64,000 nucleotides of DNA from Rhynchobatus australiae (taxonomy: Eukaryota), in contig JAUZTB010000069.1 of NCBI GenBank assembly GCA_034780895.1, positions 5,916,830 through 5,980,829 on the forward strand. The letters run 5' to 3'. The translations under genes were made by a program, and so were the position numbers. This document shows positions 12,480 to 23,445 of the stretch, piece after piece. The first letter of the stretch is position 1. Each line of letters starts with the position of its first letter. The notes under the pieces were generated by a model. It was given only the letters and a program-made list of their open reading frames with translations. It was not told the origin of the DNA and ran no database searches.

Positions 12480-12516
12480 AGCAGAATTGTCTAGACAACT
12501 AACGTTGACGCTGCTG
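11556..12516 (-). other. MAPKAP1: Probable MAPKAP1 3' UTR with candidate poly(A) signals
   Basis: Follows the stop codon and lacks recognisable interspersed repeats. Minus-strand AATAAA (plus tttatt) at 12148-12153, 11950-11955 and 11556-11561. The true 3' end cannot be fixed without RNA data. Confidence 0.55.
12454..12479. repeat. (TC)n/(GA)n microsatellite in the proximal 3' UTR
   Basis: About 13 consecutive TC units seen directly. Confidence 0.95.
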
Positions 12517-12639
12517 CTACTGTCCTGATTTTTTGTCCTTCTGAAAACTGAAGCTTGTTCTTCTGCTAAGTTTTCGTTGTTTTTGAGCCTGGTAGTCTGC
12601 TCGTGCTGAACTTGCTCTGGATTCCAAAATGTAGTTTAT
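12517..12639 (-). CDS. MAPKAP1: MAPKAP1/SIN1 terminal coding exon (CDS part, including TAG stop)
   Basis: tttctgtttgttgctag|ATAAAC...GGACAGTAG; translates [40 protein letters not shown] (human [41 protein letters not shown]). Confidence 0.98.
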   Translation of the reverse strand: MNYILESRASSARADYQAQKQRKLSRRTSFSFQKDKKSGQ

Positions 12640-14948
12640 CTAGCAACAAACAGAAACACACAGGTATCATTATTTTGGCAGTTGTGGAAGATGGAAGAAA
12701 ATCAGTAACAACATGAAGTACACTTCAGATACCGTTTGGTTGGCATGGACTCGATGGGCCCACTTCTGTGCTGCATCTCTCTACGACAATGAGAGGCCAA
12801 CAAATTTTGAATTGGATCTCAGTTCAATCAGCTCCTAATCGATTACAACATTAGGAGATTCTGATTTTATTTCAAGGTCAAAGCTTTGCTCAAGCAGAGG
12901 CTGACAGCCCATCCAGGTTTAAAAACTGATCTTTGTTAGACTGCTGGAGGTCAGTCAGTTATGACCAGCCATGGCCCTATTAGAACACACAACTTGGATC
13001 ACCTCAAGATGTTCTGAAAAGCATTAGATGAACAGTAGTTTGGTTACAACAGGGCTGCACTTTTACTTCAACATTTGATGGTAAATTTGGTGTATTTGTT
13101 GAAATTTTTAATAAAATGTAACCCTCTAAAAAAATACACTTCAATCAACCAAGTTTTGCTGATTTGCCAAGACTTGTACGTTTAAGTCCCTTCTCACTCT
13201 TCTGTGTTAAAGAACTGGTTGACCTTTAGCACATGGCCATGAATGAATTTAGACATGAGTGAAGCTACAGAACTTTGAATCAAAATGATTGAGTGTGGAA
13301 ATAATTTTTTTTTAAACAATGTGTCTCAATTAAAAAGGTTACCCACTTCATGTGAGTTCCTTCCCAGCACAGAACAAAATGCCAGCACCGTTAGTTTAGG
13401 AGTGAATATATAAAAGCCTTGAGGCTAATCCCACGAAGAGACCTAAAAAGGTGGAGAGCAGTGAATAAAATTGACACAGAAGCTGGTTCAGCATGAAAGA
13501 CAGTCACATTAGCAAATCGTAAATACTTGTTTTACATGTCTCATAAAATGCTAATTTATTGGCCACGATACTTTGTGATGATAGCCGTGATAATTTTTAA
13601 TGGAAGGTTAATGTAAAAATCAAAATGCAAAAAGCCCTTTGGCTTAGCATCAGTTGGTTCACTGAAAAGATTTGGCAGCTTAAAACCTGAACAGTTTTAT
13701 GTACTGCTGGGTCTTCATAGTCGTTAAATTTTAAAGCTGATAGCTTCAAATGATTTTGAATATTTTTTTCATGGCTAATAAAACCTTAGTCTGGACTAGC
13801 AAGAGTGATTGAGACAGTTAACTTGCTAATGTTTGAGTCAATTGGACACGTCCCTGATGTAACACACACAATGACTGCCGGGCTCAGGAAAATCAATGAT
13901 CATGAAAGTAAAATGGTGATGAAAAATATAAAAACAAGATGGGGGCCACGAGCAGATGGTAAGGTTTTAAGATACTTCAGACAGTTGTATGTTACCAGTT
14001 GCTCGCGCCAGCCATCTTATACTGAGACAAGCCCGGAATTTCTGCTGGGTGCCATTTTCCCATGTCAGCAATGGTGGTCATCTCAAGCCAGGGAAGCTCT
14101 CAATGTTACTCCTTGCATTGAGTGGGTGCCTGTCACGTAGGGAGGGGCAGCCAGGCACCTTGGGACTGCTGCAAAGCTTTTAAGCAAGCGCACAATCTGG
14201 CTGCAGACAAGCAATGTTAATGGAGGCTTGAGCCCCCTCTGATGTTGGAGCTGAAGCTCTTTGGAGGGATGGCCTATTGGACACTGAAGGGGCAGACTCC
14301 AGAGAGAATGCAATGAGGACAGCAACAGAAAACGTACCACACCACCAACAATGAATTCATGATCGTACCAAGTCCAAGGGAAGAAGCAACTCTCAGGACA
14401 ACATTCAATCCACATGTTAGCTGCTCACTGAGTGGGCGATTTGGTCATCAACAATCCTTTGAGGCCATTTTCAGTTTTCACTTTAAATATTCCCTCACTC
14501 ATTCTTTCACATGCAATGCTTCCAATTCAGTCAAATACAGCATTAAACAGCTTTCCCCTTGTACCATTTATCAACCGCACTGTGATCTGCTTTCGGCTTT
14601 TGGGCTCTATTGCACGTTATGTGATCTGTGTACAAATAGTCTGGTTTCCTATGTTACAGAACAGTGGCTAGCCCGAGAGGATGCAAAGAACGCTGGTGTG
14701 GTCCAGACATGGAAATGCAAATTGTTCTTGTCTTCTGGATGTAGCCAGAGAAAGCAGCAGCAGAGGATGATGAAAACTCGTGATCGGCTTCCAGCTCCAG
14801 CAACGCATCATCACACAGTCACTCACTTTCTCCCCAGCAGAAGCCCCATGTAATGAAGAGCAGGAATAGAAAGTGTGCAGGAAAGCATGGGGCACAACAG
14901 CAGGAGGGGTATGACAAGTGGAGAACAAGGCTCACCAGAGGGTCTAAA

Positions 14949-15165
14949 GACATCATCCAGTGGTGGAACCACAATGCACACCTCCTGCTTCCAAGGTGAA
15001 GAGGCTGTAAAAATATATGCGAGTGCACTGGTGATGATCTCTGATGTGGAGTACACCAGGTGATTTGGAGTCTTTCATCTGACCTGCAGAAATGTGATGA
15101 CTTGAATTTTCGCTACAGCACCTGCTCACCCTCAGACAGACGGTTTGTAAAGAAGGTAGTTGGTA
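14949..15165 (+). pseudogene. Degenerate hAT-superfamily transposase C-terminal (dimerization) fragment
   Basis: Frameshifted translation DIIQWWNHNAHLLLP / AVKIYASALVMISDVEYT / QHLLTLRQT resembles the hATC motif WW...FP.L...A..YL..P.TS..VER.FS...ILT.RR. Confidence 0.45.
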
Positions 15166-15847
15166 ATTTCTGTTTGGCTTTTCAGAGCAAGGATGGGTAG
15201 ATTGCAAAGGCAGCCACATTTTTCATTATTGTTTCTTCTAACCAGAAGGTATATTTTGGTCTGTAGGACAGTGTGGACATGACTTCAAGTAAAGCCCACA
15301 CAGCAATAACATTTCACAGTGTGCAGTACTTCCTTAGTGTAGAAAAAGGATGGCAAAACAAAGTGGAAAGTGGACAGAACCATAGATCACAGTCTGCTCC
15401 TCCCCAATCTCACCATTTCCAACTCTGTGCTGGGGAAGGTAAAATCCCTCAGACACGGAAATGTTTATTAAGCGTTTTAATAACCACTGTTCACCATGTA
15501 TTTTTAAATCGGCTTATTAATGTCACATTGAGTACCCAACCTGTACCTGCATTAAAGCTTCTGCAAGTGTATAGAATGTCAGTCAGAAGGATACTTCAGA
15601 TCAATGGCTTTGAATCTCTCTTGAAACCTGAGAAGGGCAACGATGAAACAAAGAAGTGAAGAGCACCAGGTTATTCACTGAACGTGGCTGCTGAACGAGA
15701 TGATTTTTCTTTGGGACAAATGACATAATCTGCANNNNNNNNNNAGGAAGAAACAGGTAGTTGCGTCTGCCATGAGATAGACATGGGCTTTAAATGCCCT
15801 TTCTTCGAGAACCCACCTACTCAACAAATATGTCTCTTGCGATGCTT

Positions 15848-16108
15848 ACACAGGAGTGACTGCAGATGCTGGAAATCTGAAGCAACGCACACAAACACAC
15901 AAAATGCTGGAGGAACTCAGCAGGTCGGGCAGCATCAGTGGAGGGAAATGAACAGTTGACGTTTTGAGCCGAGACCCTTCATCAGTTTTGATGTCCCCGA
16001 TGAAACAGATGCCCGAAACATCGACTGTTCATTTCCCTCCAGCAGATGCTGCCCATTGATTGCTGCAGTAATTCAGAACAATAAAGTTCCTCCAGCACTT
16101 CATTTTGC
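15848..16108. mobile_element. Penelope-like terminal repeat, head-to-head pair with two hammerhead relics
   Basis: gcagcatcagtggagggaaatgaacagttgacgttttgag mirrored by cccgaaacatcgactgttcatttccctccagcagatgctgc. Confidence 0.85.
15953..15990 (-). ncRNA. Minimal type-I hammerhead ribozyme relic
   Basis: Minus strand: CUGAUGA-AGGGUC-UCG-GCUC-aAAA-CG-UC-AACUG. The first core box is intact; GAAA is mutated to AAAA at a CpG site and the 5' arm of stem I is lost. Confidence 0.6.
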
Positions 16109-16625
16109 AACGTTTAGGCTGGTATGCACTGGCAAAGGTTTACACAATGTTCTGAGGGAGCCAAAATATCTGGCACAGGAGATAAATTAGTTAACCACAC
16201 TGGTGGGAAATAATCAGCATTGTCTAAGCTCGGACAGCTGAAAGCTCCCTTTTTGTGTGGGTGCTCCATTAATGAGCACATTTGCACTATGTTTAGGATG
16301 TTCCTTTGTATGATGATAGCTTGCTTGGTAAACCTGCAGACAGAGCAGTTAACATTTTAAGAACATAGTCAGGTATGATATTAAATTACCTCAGATGTGT
16401 TCCTGGCACTTTATTGTTCTGAATTACTGCAGCAATCAATGTATGGAAAACTACAAGTGAAACTTTNNNNNNNNNNNNNNNNNNNNNNNNNNNNNNNNNN
16501 NNNNNNNNNNNNNNNNNNNNNNNNNNNNNNNNNNNNNNNNNNNNNNNNNNNNNNNNNNNNNNNNNNATTGTTCTGAATTACTGCAGCAATCAATGTATGG
16601 AAAACTACAAGTGAAACTTTACCTT

Positions 16626-16912
16626 CAATATTTAGACTGACCATATCTTTATTAGTCATATGTACATCTAGACACAACAAAATGTATATTTGTGTAGAGT
16701 GTTCTGGGGGCAGCCCGCAAGTGTTGCCACGCTTCCGGCGCCAACATAGCACGCCCACAACTTCGCCCTAACCCGTACGTCTTTGGAATGTGGGAGGAAA
16801 CTGGAGCACCCGGAGGAAACCCACGCAGAATGTAGAAACTCCTTACAGACAGCAGCTGGAATTGAACCTGGGTTGCTGGCACTGTAATAGTGTTACGCTG
16901 ACCGCTACGCTA
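16626..16912 (-). mobile_element. V-SINE (tRNA head, V domain, LINE-derived tail)
   Basis: Minus strand has head tagcgtagcggtcagcgtaacactattacagtgccagcaacccaggttcaattcc, V-domain gggtttcctccgggtgctccagtttcctcccacattccaaagacgtac and tail gtacatatgactaataaag. Confidence 0.85.
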
Positions 16913-17539
16913 GCAGAAACATTTCACACTCCCTTAATGCCAGTCACTTCACTCTCCTTCCCCTCAGCACCACTGATTAAATTGGTACTTGTGAAGCTTT
17001 CTGATTGTTCAGCAAGGATGCAACTTTTGGAATTTCTGAAATGTTCGGTCACAAGTAACACGACTTTCTCTCTTGGGCCCTGTTATCTTTAATGTATTCA
17101 TGTAGAAGATGGCTTCAATTGTGCCACTGGTTGAGAAAATATTTCCTCTACTTGAACTCACTGAGTGATGCTTACTGTCTGAATATTGTATCTTAATATG
17201 TTGCAGAGTTTATAGTGCAAGAAACATGACGATGTTGGTTTTTCTTTGACATTCATATGTAATATTCCTAAATGTATCAATGCCATTCATACTTGCGTTT
17301 TTAAAAACTGAAATTCAGCTGCTTTTAATCTACATGGGAAGTACAGCTGTTGTGCCGTTTAGCACTTAGTTGGGAATTTGAGAATTAGAAAAATGGTCCA
17401 AATAATTTTGTGTTGCTACTTTCTAATTGGCTTGATTGCCATATAAATTCCAAGAGTTTAATTACAAGTCTTAAACATGGTCAACAATACATGAAGGAAG
17501 CATCAACCTTTTGAGGATGTGCAGAATTGTGTTGGTATC

Positions 17540-18720
17540 ATGATACAGTTCTTTGGTGGAGTGATGTTCTGAGCTGAGATCTGGCAGGATTGAACTGGCG
17601 GCTGAAATCACTCAATGTGATGACAGCATCTCGACAGGCTGCCTGAAGGTGGGGTGATAGTAGATGGGTACCACCCATCTTCCAAACCATGCACGGGTGG
17701 AGGAGAGAGTAATTTAAGGTGGAGGATCGAGTGCCAAACATGCAGGTTGCTTGTCCTGATTAGGACCAAATGCCTCAGGTGCTGTTGGAACTGAACTCAT
17801 CCAGGCTATTGAACAGAATTGCATTACACCCCAGATTTGGCAAGATTTTGGGGTGGCAGGATACAATTCACATACTGCAGGATGCCCAGACCCTGACCTA
17901 GCTTCCAACCTTGATATTTATGTGGCTTGTCAGTTTAGTTCTGAGTCATGACATGAAGACAGCAGGTTCAACAACAGTATTAACATCGCACATCCAGACG
18001 AAGTGGTCAGGCTCTTGTGTTGGATTAGTCATTGCCTGGCACTTGTATAACACAAACGCTGCTTTTCAGTTCTTAGCCTAAGCCTGAACAGTGACCAGTT
18101 TATAGCTGCATGTCGGCAAGGACATGTTCATTACCCAAGTTGTGATGGATGCAATCCTTAGTGAACACCGACACTTTGACTTTTAAGATGGAGAGAAGGT
18201 CATAGATGAAGCAGCTCAAAACATTTGAGCTTGGAGCACTATCCTGAGGAACTCCTGGGGTAAAGAAAACTGAGCTCCAATAATTAGAAACATCTTCCTC
18301 TTAGTTATCTGTGGGTCTGATCAGTCTGACCATTTTCCAATTGACTTCAGCTTTAAGTAGGGCTCTTTCATACCACATTCTGGTAAAAGCTGCTTCGATG
18401 TCAAGGACAGTCACTTGCACCTGGAATCCAGCTCTTTGGTCCACCACTGAACCGAGGCTTAATGAGAACTGGAATCAAATGATCATGGCAGATCCCAGCA
18501 TAAGCATCAATTAACGAGTCATTGATGAATAAATGCTGCTTGATAACACTGCTGACAACTCCCTCCATTACTTAGCCGATGACTGAGAGTAGGTTGTTGG
18601 GGACTGGATGTGCCCCACATTTTGTGGACTGGAGGTAACTGGACAAATTTCCACTGACAGGTACACACCAGAGGTTTCCCATGGAAAATTTCAAACCTTT
18701 ATCACCACAGCCAAGTTGTA
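17540..18720 (-). mobile_element. Degenerate non-LTR retrotransposon RT fragment (CR1/L2 group, Crack-like)
   Basis: Residual GVMQFCSIAWMSSVPTA...NQDK (cf. SVMEYSPLAWMSAAPTTL...IQDK), LDIEAAF..VW and GVPQDS motifs on the minus strand. Confidence 0.75.
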
Positions 18721-19845
18721 GTCAGGCTTGGCTGTATCTTGTGCACTCAACCACTTCTTGATATATTTCTTGAATCAAACTGGCTTCTCTGACTGATGAT
18801 TGTAGCAAACTTGTCAGCCTCTTTTGCTCTCACAAACACTGCAGGGTATATCCCTTGCAGTTGAAGAAAAATTGAAATGCTTACTTGGCCATTTTATTTA
18901 TTTAATATAACTGAATTTCATGTCCTCAGCTTTCATGGTGGGATCTGATCTTTGTCTCAAGATTATTTAGGCTAGTCTAGTAAACTAACAGTTCAGCACA
19001 ACTAACTGACCCTACATGGAGGTTACAAGTCAATGTTATCAATCATGGAGTAAAACAACTGGGCAGTGGCAGGATGTGGACAATAGTGTCTTCCCTCACC
19101 AGAGGGGGGAAAAACAAAGGTTATCTTGAATTTTGTTCTTCTGCTTGTTTCTGCAAGATATTGATAGAAAGAAAGCAATTTGATCACTATTCAACACCAC
19201 AGATCAGGACTGAAGCATTGCAGAGACATCCAAGTATTCTTATTGTCAGATTAGCAAGATTACTTACTAGGATGCCTGGTTTATTGCCAAGTTGAATTTG
19301 GAACAGTGAGACAAGACTGTGTACGTGCAATTCCCCACACAGTAGTTAACCGATCGAAGCAGGGATGTCTTAGGAAATGCTGAGCTTGGGCAAGGTGCAG
19401 GCCATGGAAGGGAACAAGAGCAAGTTTGCCAGCTCGTGAAGCACTAAATCAAAACATTTTAGTAGCAGCAGTGGGGCAGGTTGGGAAAATAAAGCATTAA
19501 AGTTACACACTTTTGATTAAAATGAGTGTGAAGTATTAGAATATTTCCCATTCACTGAATTAGTCATGACACATACAATGCCAAGAGGCATTGACCAGTT
19601 ACGGTGGGAAGCAGGACTTCTGAGCCTTGCACTGTAGATTGAAGAGGCCTCCAAACAGACAGACAGATGGTTTACAGCCATCATTTCCCAACTCTATTTT
19701 TGCACAGCCATAGCTAGCAATCCTTGAGCAGTTTCACTTTGTTGAAATTTCCAACCACCTGAATTCTACATGAATGGGTCCCACTCTAACATCTCCCTTT
19801 CTCTCATTCTCCTTCCCTGCAGAAGTTAACAAACATTTATACTCT

Positions 19846-19986
19846 GTGCAGCAAAAACAAACTGCTGGAAGATCTTAACAGCTCAGGCAACATCTGTGGA
19901 GGCAGAGGGATAGTCTATGTTTCCAGTTCCTCCAGCAGTTTGTTTTTTTGCTCCATATTCCAGCACTTGCAGCCTCTTGTGCCTCT
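19846..19986. mobile_element. Penelope-like terminal repeat, inverted pair with central deletion
   Basis: gcaaaaacaaactgctggaag mirrored by cctccagcagtttgtttttttgc. Confidence 0.7.
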
Positions 19987-20751
19987 GTTATTACTCCCTG
20001 CACTGTCTGCCCAGAGATTTAGACCCTGGTGTTGAACCTCTTGGAGCCAGCAATATAACATTAGTCACTTAATCACCAACAAAGCAAGCTACAGTCAGAA
20101 ACTGCAAAGAATTTATGCAGTGGGTGATACTCCTGATCTAGGATACGAGTTCTATTAGTTGTTGTCACACCACTAAAATTGTCTTGGGCTTGTGGCAGTG
20201 ACCCATGTAGACATAGGTTAACTTATCTTTGCAGGGAAGCAGCATTAGATCAGGTTTAGTCTGGATGATTCAATTATAAACTCCCAGTCCAGTCCATAAC
20301 TAGCATCTCTCTTTTCCATCCCCAGTGCAACACCTTTGCCTGGCTGTAATTTTGACCAATTTATTTGATTTAAAATAGCACTATTGCTATTGTCTATGAT
20401 CTTGGTTTCAAAACCAAAAATTTCTGGTAATAAATTTTAGCCATCTTCAACACATCTGAATACAAATAATTTGAGAGCTTGTTTTAATTACATTAAACTT
20501 GATATACCCCTTCATTACAACAGTTAAGCCTATAAATATACTTTCATCTAACAGCCAGCATTAATGTTAGTCCTGAACTTTCAGGTAATTCTTTAATCCC
20601 TTGTGCAGCCACTGAATCTCATTTTCACTGAAGGCCATACTTAGCAATTGCAAGGTAAGAATGCAAACATTTCTCACACACAGAATAGTTGGTATCTGCA
20701 ATGAGCTGCAAGAGGTGGTGGTGGAGGCAGGAGCAGTAACATTTAAGAAGC

Positions 20752-21593
20752 ATTCTGTGGAGAGAGAAATAAGGTTAATGTTTCAGGTCGATGACCCTTC
20801 GCCAGACTGGGAAGGCGAGAAAGTTAGTGACAAGTTGCAGGGAGGGTGGGGGGAATTAATAAGACAAAGGAAGAATTGCTGATAGGGGTGAGGCCAGGAT
20901 TGTCATGGGGTTAAGGGTCGATGGAGGCAGTTTGGGAGAGAGAACATGGTCCTTTGCACATGAAAGTTTTTATACGAGGGCAGTTAGAGAGTGAGAATAC
21001 AGTCAAAGGAATGTCATGTGACATGTCCAGCTGCTGAGCAAGAAGCTGAGCCAGTATCGCCGATGGGTGACCCGGCCTGTTCTGATACAGGCAGCGAAAG
21101 AAAGTTACCTCAAGTTGTAGAATTTAATATTGCAGCTTCCAGTCTCAATATTGAATTCCACAACTAACTCACTTTCTACGTCTGTTTCAGTACTGAACAT
21201 TTCTGTTGCAAGTCGCTGATCTGTAATCTTGGCTCAGTGTTTCCTTTCTCCATCAGCACAGCGTGGACCTGTCCTGCAATGTTTATGTTACTCAGTTTGT
21301 AGCCTCATTCTCTAATGGCCCTCATAGCTTTTGTTCATTTTCTCTCACTAACTGCCCCCATTAACCCATTGACCAAATGACCCCTACAACTATGCCCACA
21401 GTGACCCTGGTCTTATCCTATCAGAGATGTTCCTTTTGTCCTATCCACCCCTCTCCCAACTTCTCAGCAGCTTGATACCACCTTGTTTTCCCTTTCCCAG
21501 TTCTGAAGGGCTTTCAGCCTGAAATGTTATCTGCTTCTCTCTCCATAGATGCTGCCTGACCTGCTGAATGCTTCCAGCATTTTCTGTTTTTAC
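20752..21593. mobile_element. Penelope-like element 3' end as a long inverted duplication
   Basis: Arms mirror each other around ~21140 (aagttgtagaatttaatattg / caatattgaattccacaact). The centre encodes LNIEFHN, like the GLN-type end of PLE GIY-YIG ORFs. Each arm ends in a hammerhead relic plus the family repeat. Confidence 0.75.
20772..20810 (-). ncRNA. Minimal type-I hammerhead ribozyme relic
   Basis: Minus strand: CCAGU-CUGgCGA-AGGGUC-AUC-GACCU-GAAA-CA-UU-AACCU. Stem II and GAAA are intact; the CUGANGA box has one mismatch. Confidence 0.6.
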
Positions 21594-23347
21594 TTCTTAC
21601 TTCAATAGTTCACTTAATATTAGCCACCTAACAAAGTGGTTCCTACATTGAGTCAAATTAATCTTCAGTGATCAAAGTTACTGACGCCCAGCAGTTAAGA
21701 CAATGCTATGGTCAAATGCAGATTGTTTCAATCCTGATTCTCTTCATACACAAGCCACACATGTTACGGCTACAGTAAAACAACAAAATTTTATTTCTAG
21801 AGAATTTTAAAGACAGTGTGCCATTGGGGGAAAGGAAAATCAATGTCAAGAGCTTGTATCATAAAATTATCAAGAGAAGAGAAGCATTTAATCAAACTGA
21901 CGCGTCAGCAGCTCGAGCTTTCCCCCTAAACCAGGCTCAAAATTGAGCAGGGTTACTGAAGAATTAGTGCACAAAACATGTTCATTATTTTTAATTCCTT
22001 CTCTTTCTATTTCAATTGTAGGTTTTTGCCATTAAAATGAAATACCCATTGAACCTAAATGCAATTTGAATGGTGTTATGTCTGTTTTGATGCTAGTGTT
22101 TTTACAACAGATTTTAATTTTAATATGTTAAAGCATTTCAATGAAACACTATCATTAACATTTTAATTGCAATTGGAATGCCTTACAGAATCTATAAGCT
22201 CCAGCAAGTATTTAATATAAACTGTGTAGTCACCCAAAATATTGAAAAATAAAGAAAAAGACAAGTAAATAAATATCAAAGTCGTAACAAGCATGATGGT
22301 GGTCGATAGTGAAGTTCTTCTGTCAGCAACACTGACATATTTTACTGAAGCGAATGTGAAATACGTTGTTTTGTCTAAAAACAATGTGTAAAACAGATTT
22401 ACTTACTCCTCCCTAAATCAGTGTGTAAAATATATCATTGATCACTGGGTAAATGAAGCTGCTTTTAAATTTGCCTGCTTTCAATGAACTGGTTTCATGT
22501 AGCTTACTGAATTTTACTGTCATTAATAACTAGAAAACATTCTTTTGAACAGAAACTGTGCTACTGCAAAATTACTTTCCCATCAAGTTACATCAGATTC
22601 AACACTTACAACCTCACTGTGACGATAACACTTAAAAATTCTCAGCAGTTACTGTCCCAGCCTGGTTTATTCAGCTAATTTCATTTAATTCCAGTTTAAT
22701 GTCAAAGCAGGCAGCTGAAAGTGGATGGATACATTGCATGGATCTGTTGCTATGGATTTTAATCTTAATGCAGATGGCTTAATAAAAGGAATGCTATCAG
22801 TCTTTCCTGTTTCAAGCACTTCACGCCAGGTCTTTGCACACGTGTCCTGGACACAAAATTCCTATCAGCAAAATTCCTGGTCTACAGAGACTCATCGCGC
22901 TGTTTAAGCAATAAATCTGGGAGGCTGACATATTTTTTAAAAGAAGCTCAATGGAACTGCCAGCATGGATGGAGTTCTACAGCAAAGGAAACATACTTAA
23001 CTCTCTCACACAAGGTCTCCATTCACACAGTCACGGGACAGTTCATGCAGTTCAAAACAATGCATCACACATGCAAAGATCACTTATGAAAGCACTGCTA
23101 TAACTCACTCTCACTGGTGAAATGCTGTTATTTCCATAAGATGCAAATTGAAACACTTATTAAGATAAAGTGGAATTACTTTTACTGTTGAAATGCAGCA
23201 TTGATGCTCCATACCTCTAGCAAGTTACAAATCATGTTTGAACTCATTACAGTCAAACTACATTACAACAGAAGTGTACAGAATTTATTGCCACACTGTC
23301 ATCAGTCACCAGCTTTTCCTCAGCAAAATACCTGCTCTGCTACTAAC

Positions 23348-23445
23348 CTTCAGCACAATTTCATTGACTGTGTTGGTGTCTGCTTCAAAGTAGAGATGCT
23401 TGTGGTCATGATTGCTTAGATATGTGAGCTTGAATATTGCATGGC
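23348..23445 (-). CDS. MAPKAP1: MAPKAP1/SIN1 coding exon (98 nt, phase 1-0), PH domain
   Basis: tttgccttgcag|GCCATGCA...CTGAAG|gttagt; translates (S)[32 protein letters not shown] (human [33 protein letters not shown]). Confidence 0.98.

Noticed and set aside
14586-14632. Faint resemblance to the U2 snRNA 5' end (atctgctttcggcttttgggct)
   Set aside because: Too many mismatches; no GTAGTA branch-pairing sequence or Sm site.
14359-14853. Longest gap-free ORF (164 aa)
   Set aside because: No recognisable domain, antisense within a MAPKAP1 intron and adjacent to a transposon relic; probably chance.
16415-16620. Direct repeats flanking ~100-N gaps (also near 42400/42527, 52744/52852, 57652/57773 and 60100/60226)
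   Set aside because: Identical sequence on both sides of fixed-size N runs indicates unmerged contig overlaps, not real duplications or TSDs.
16850-16912. tRNA-like A/B boxes
   Set aside because: This is the head of a V-SINE, not a tRNA gene; no complete cloverleaf.
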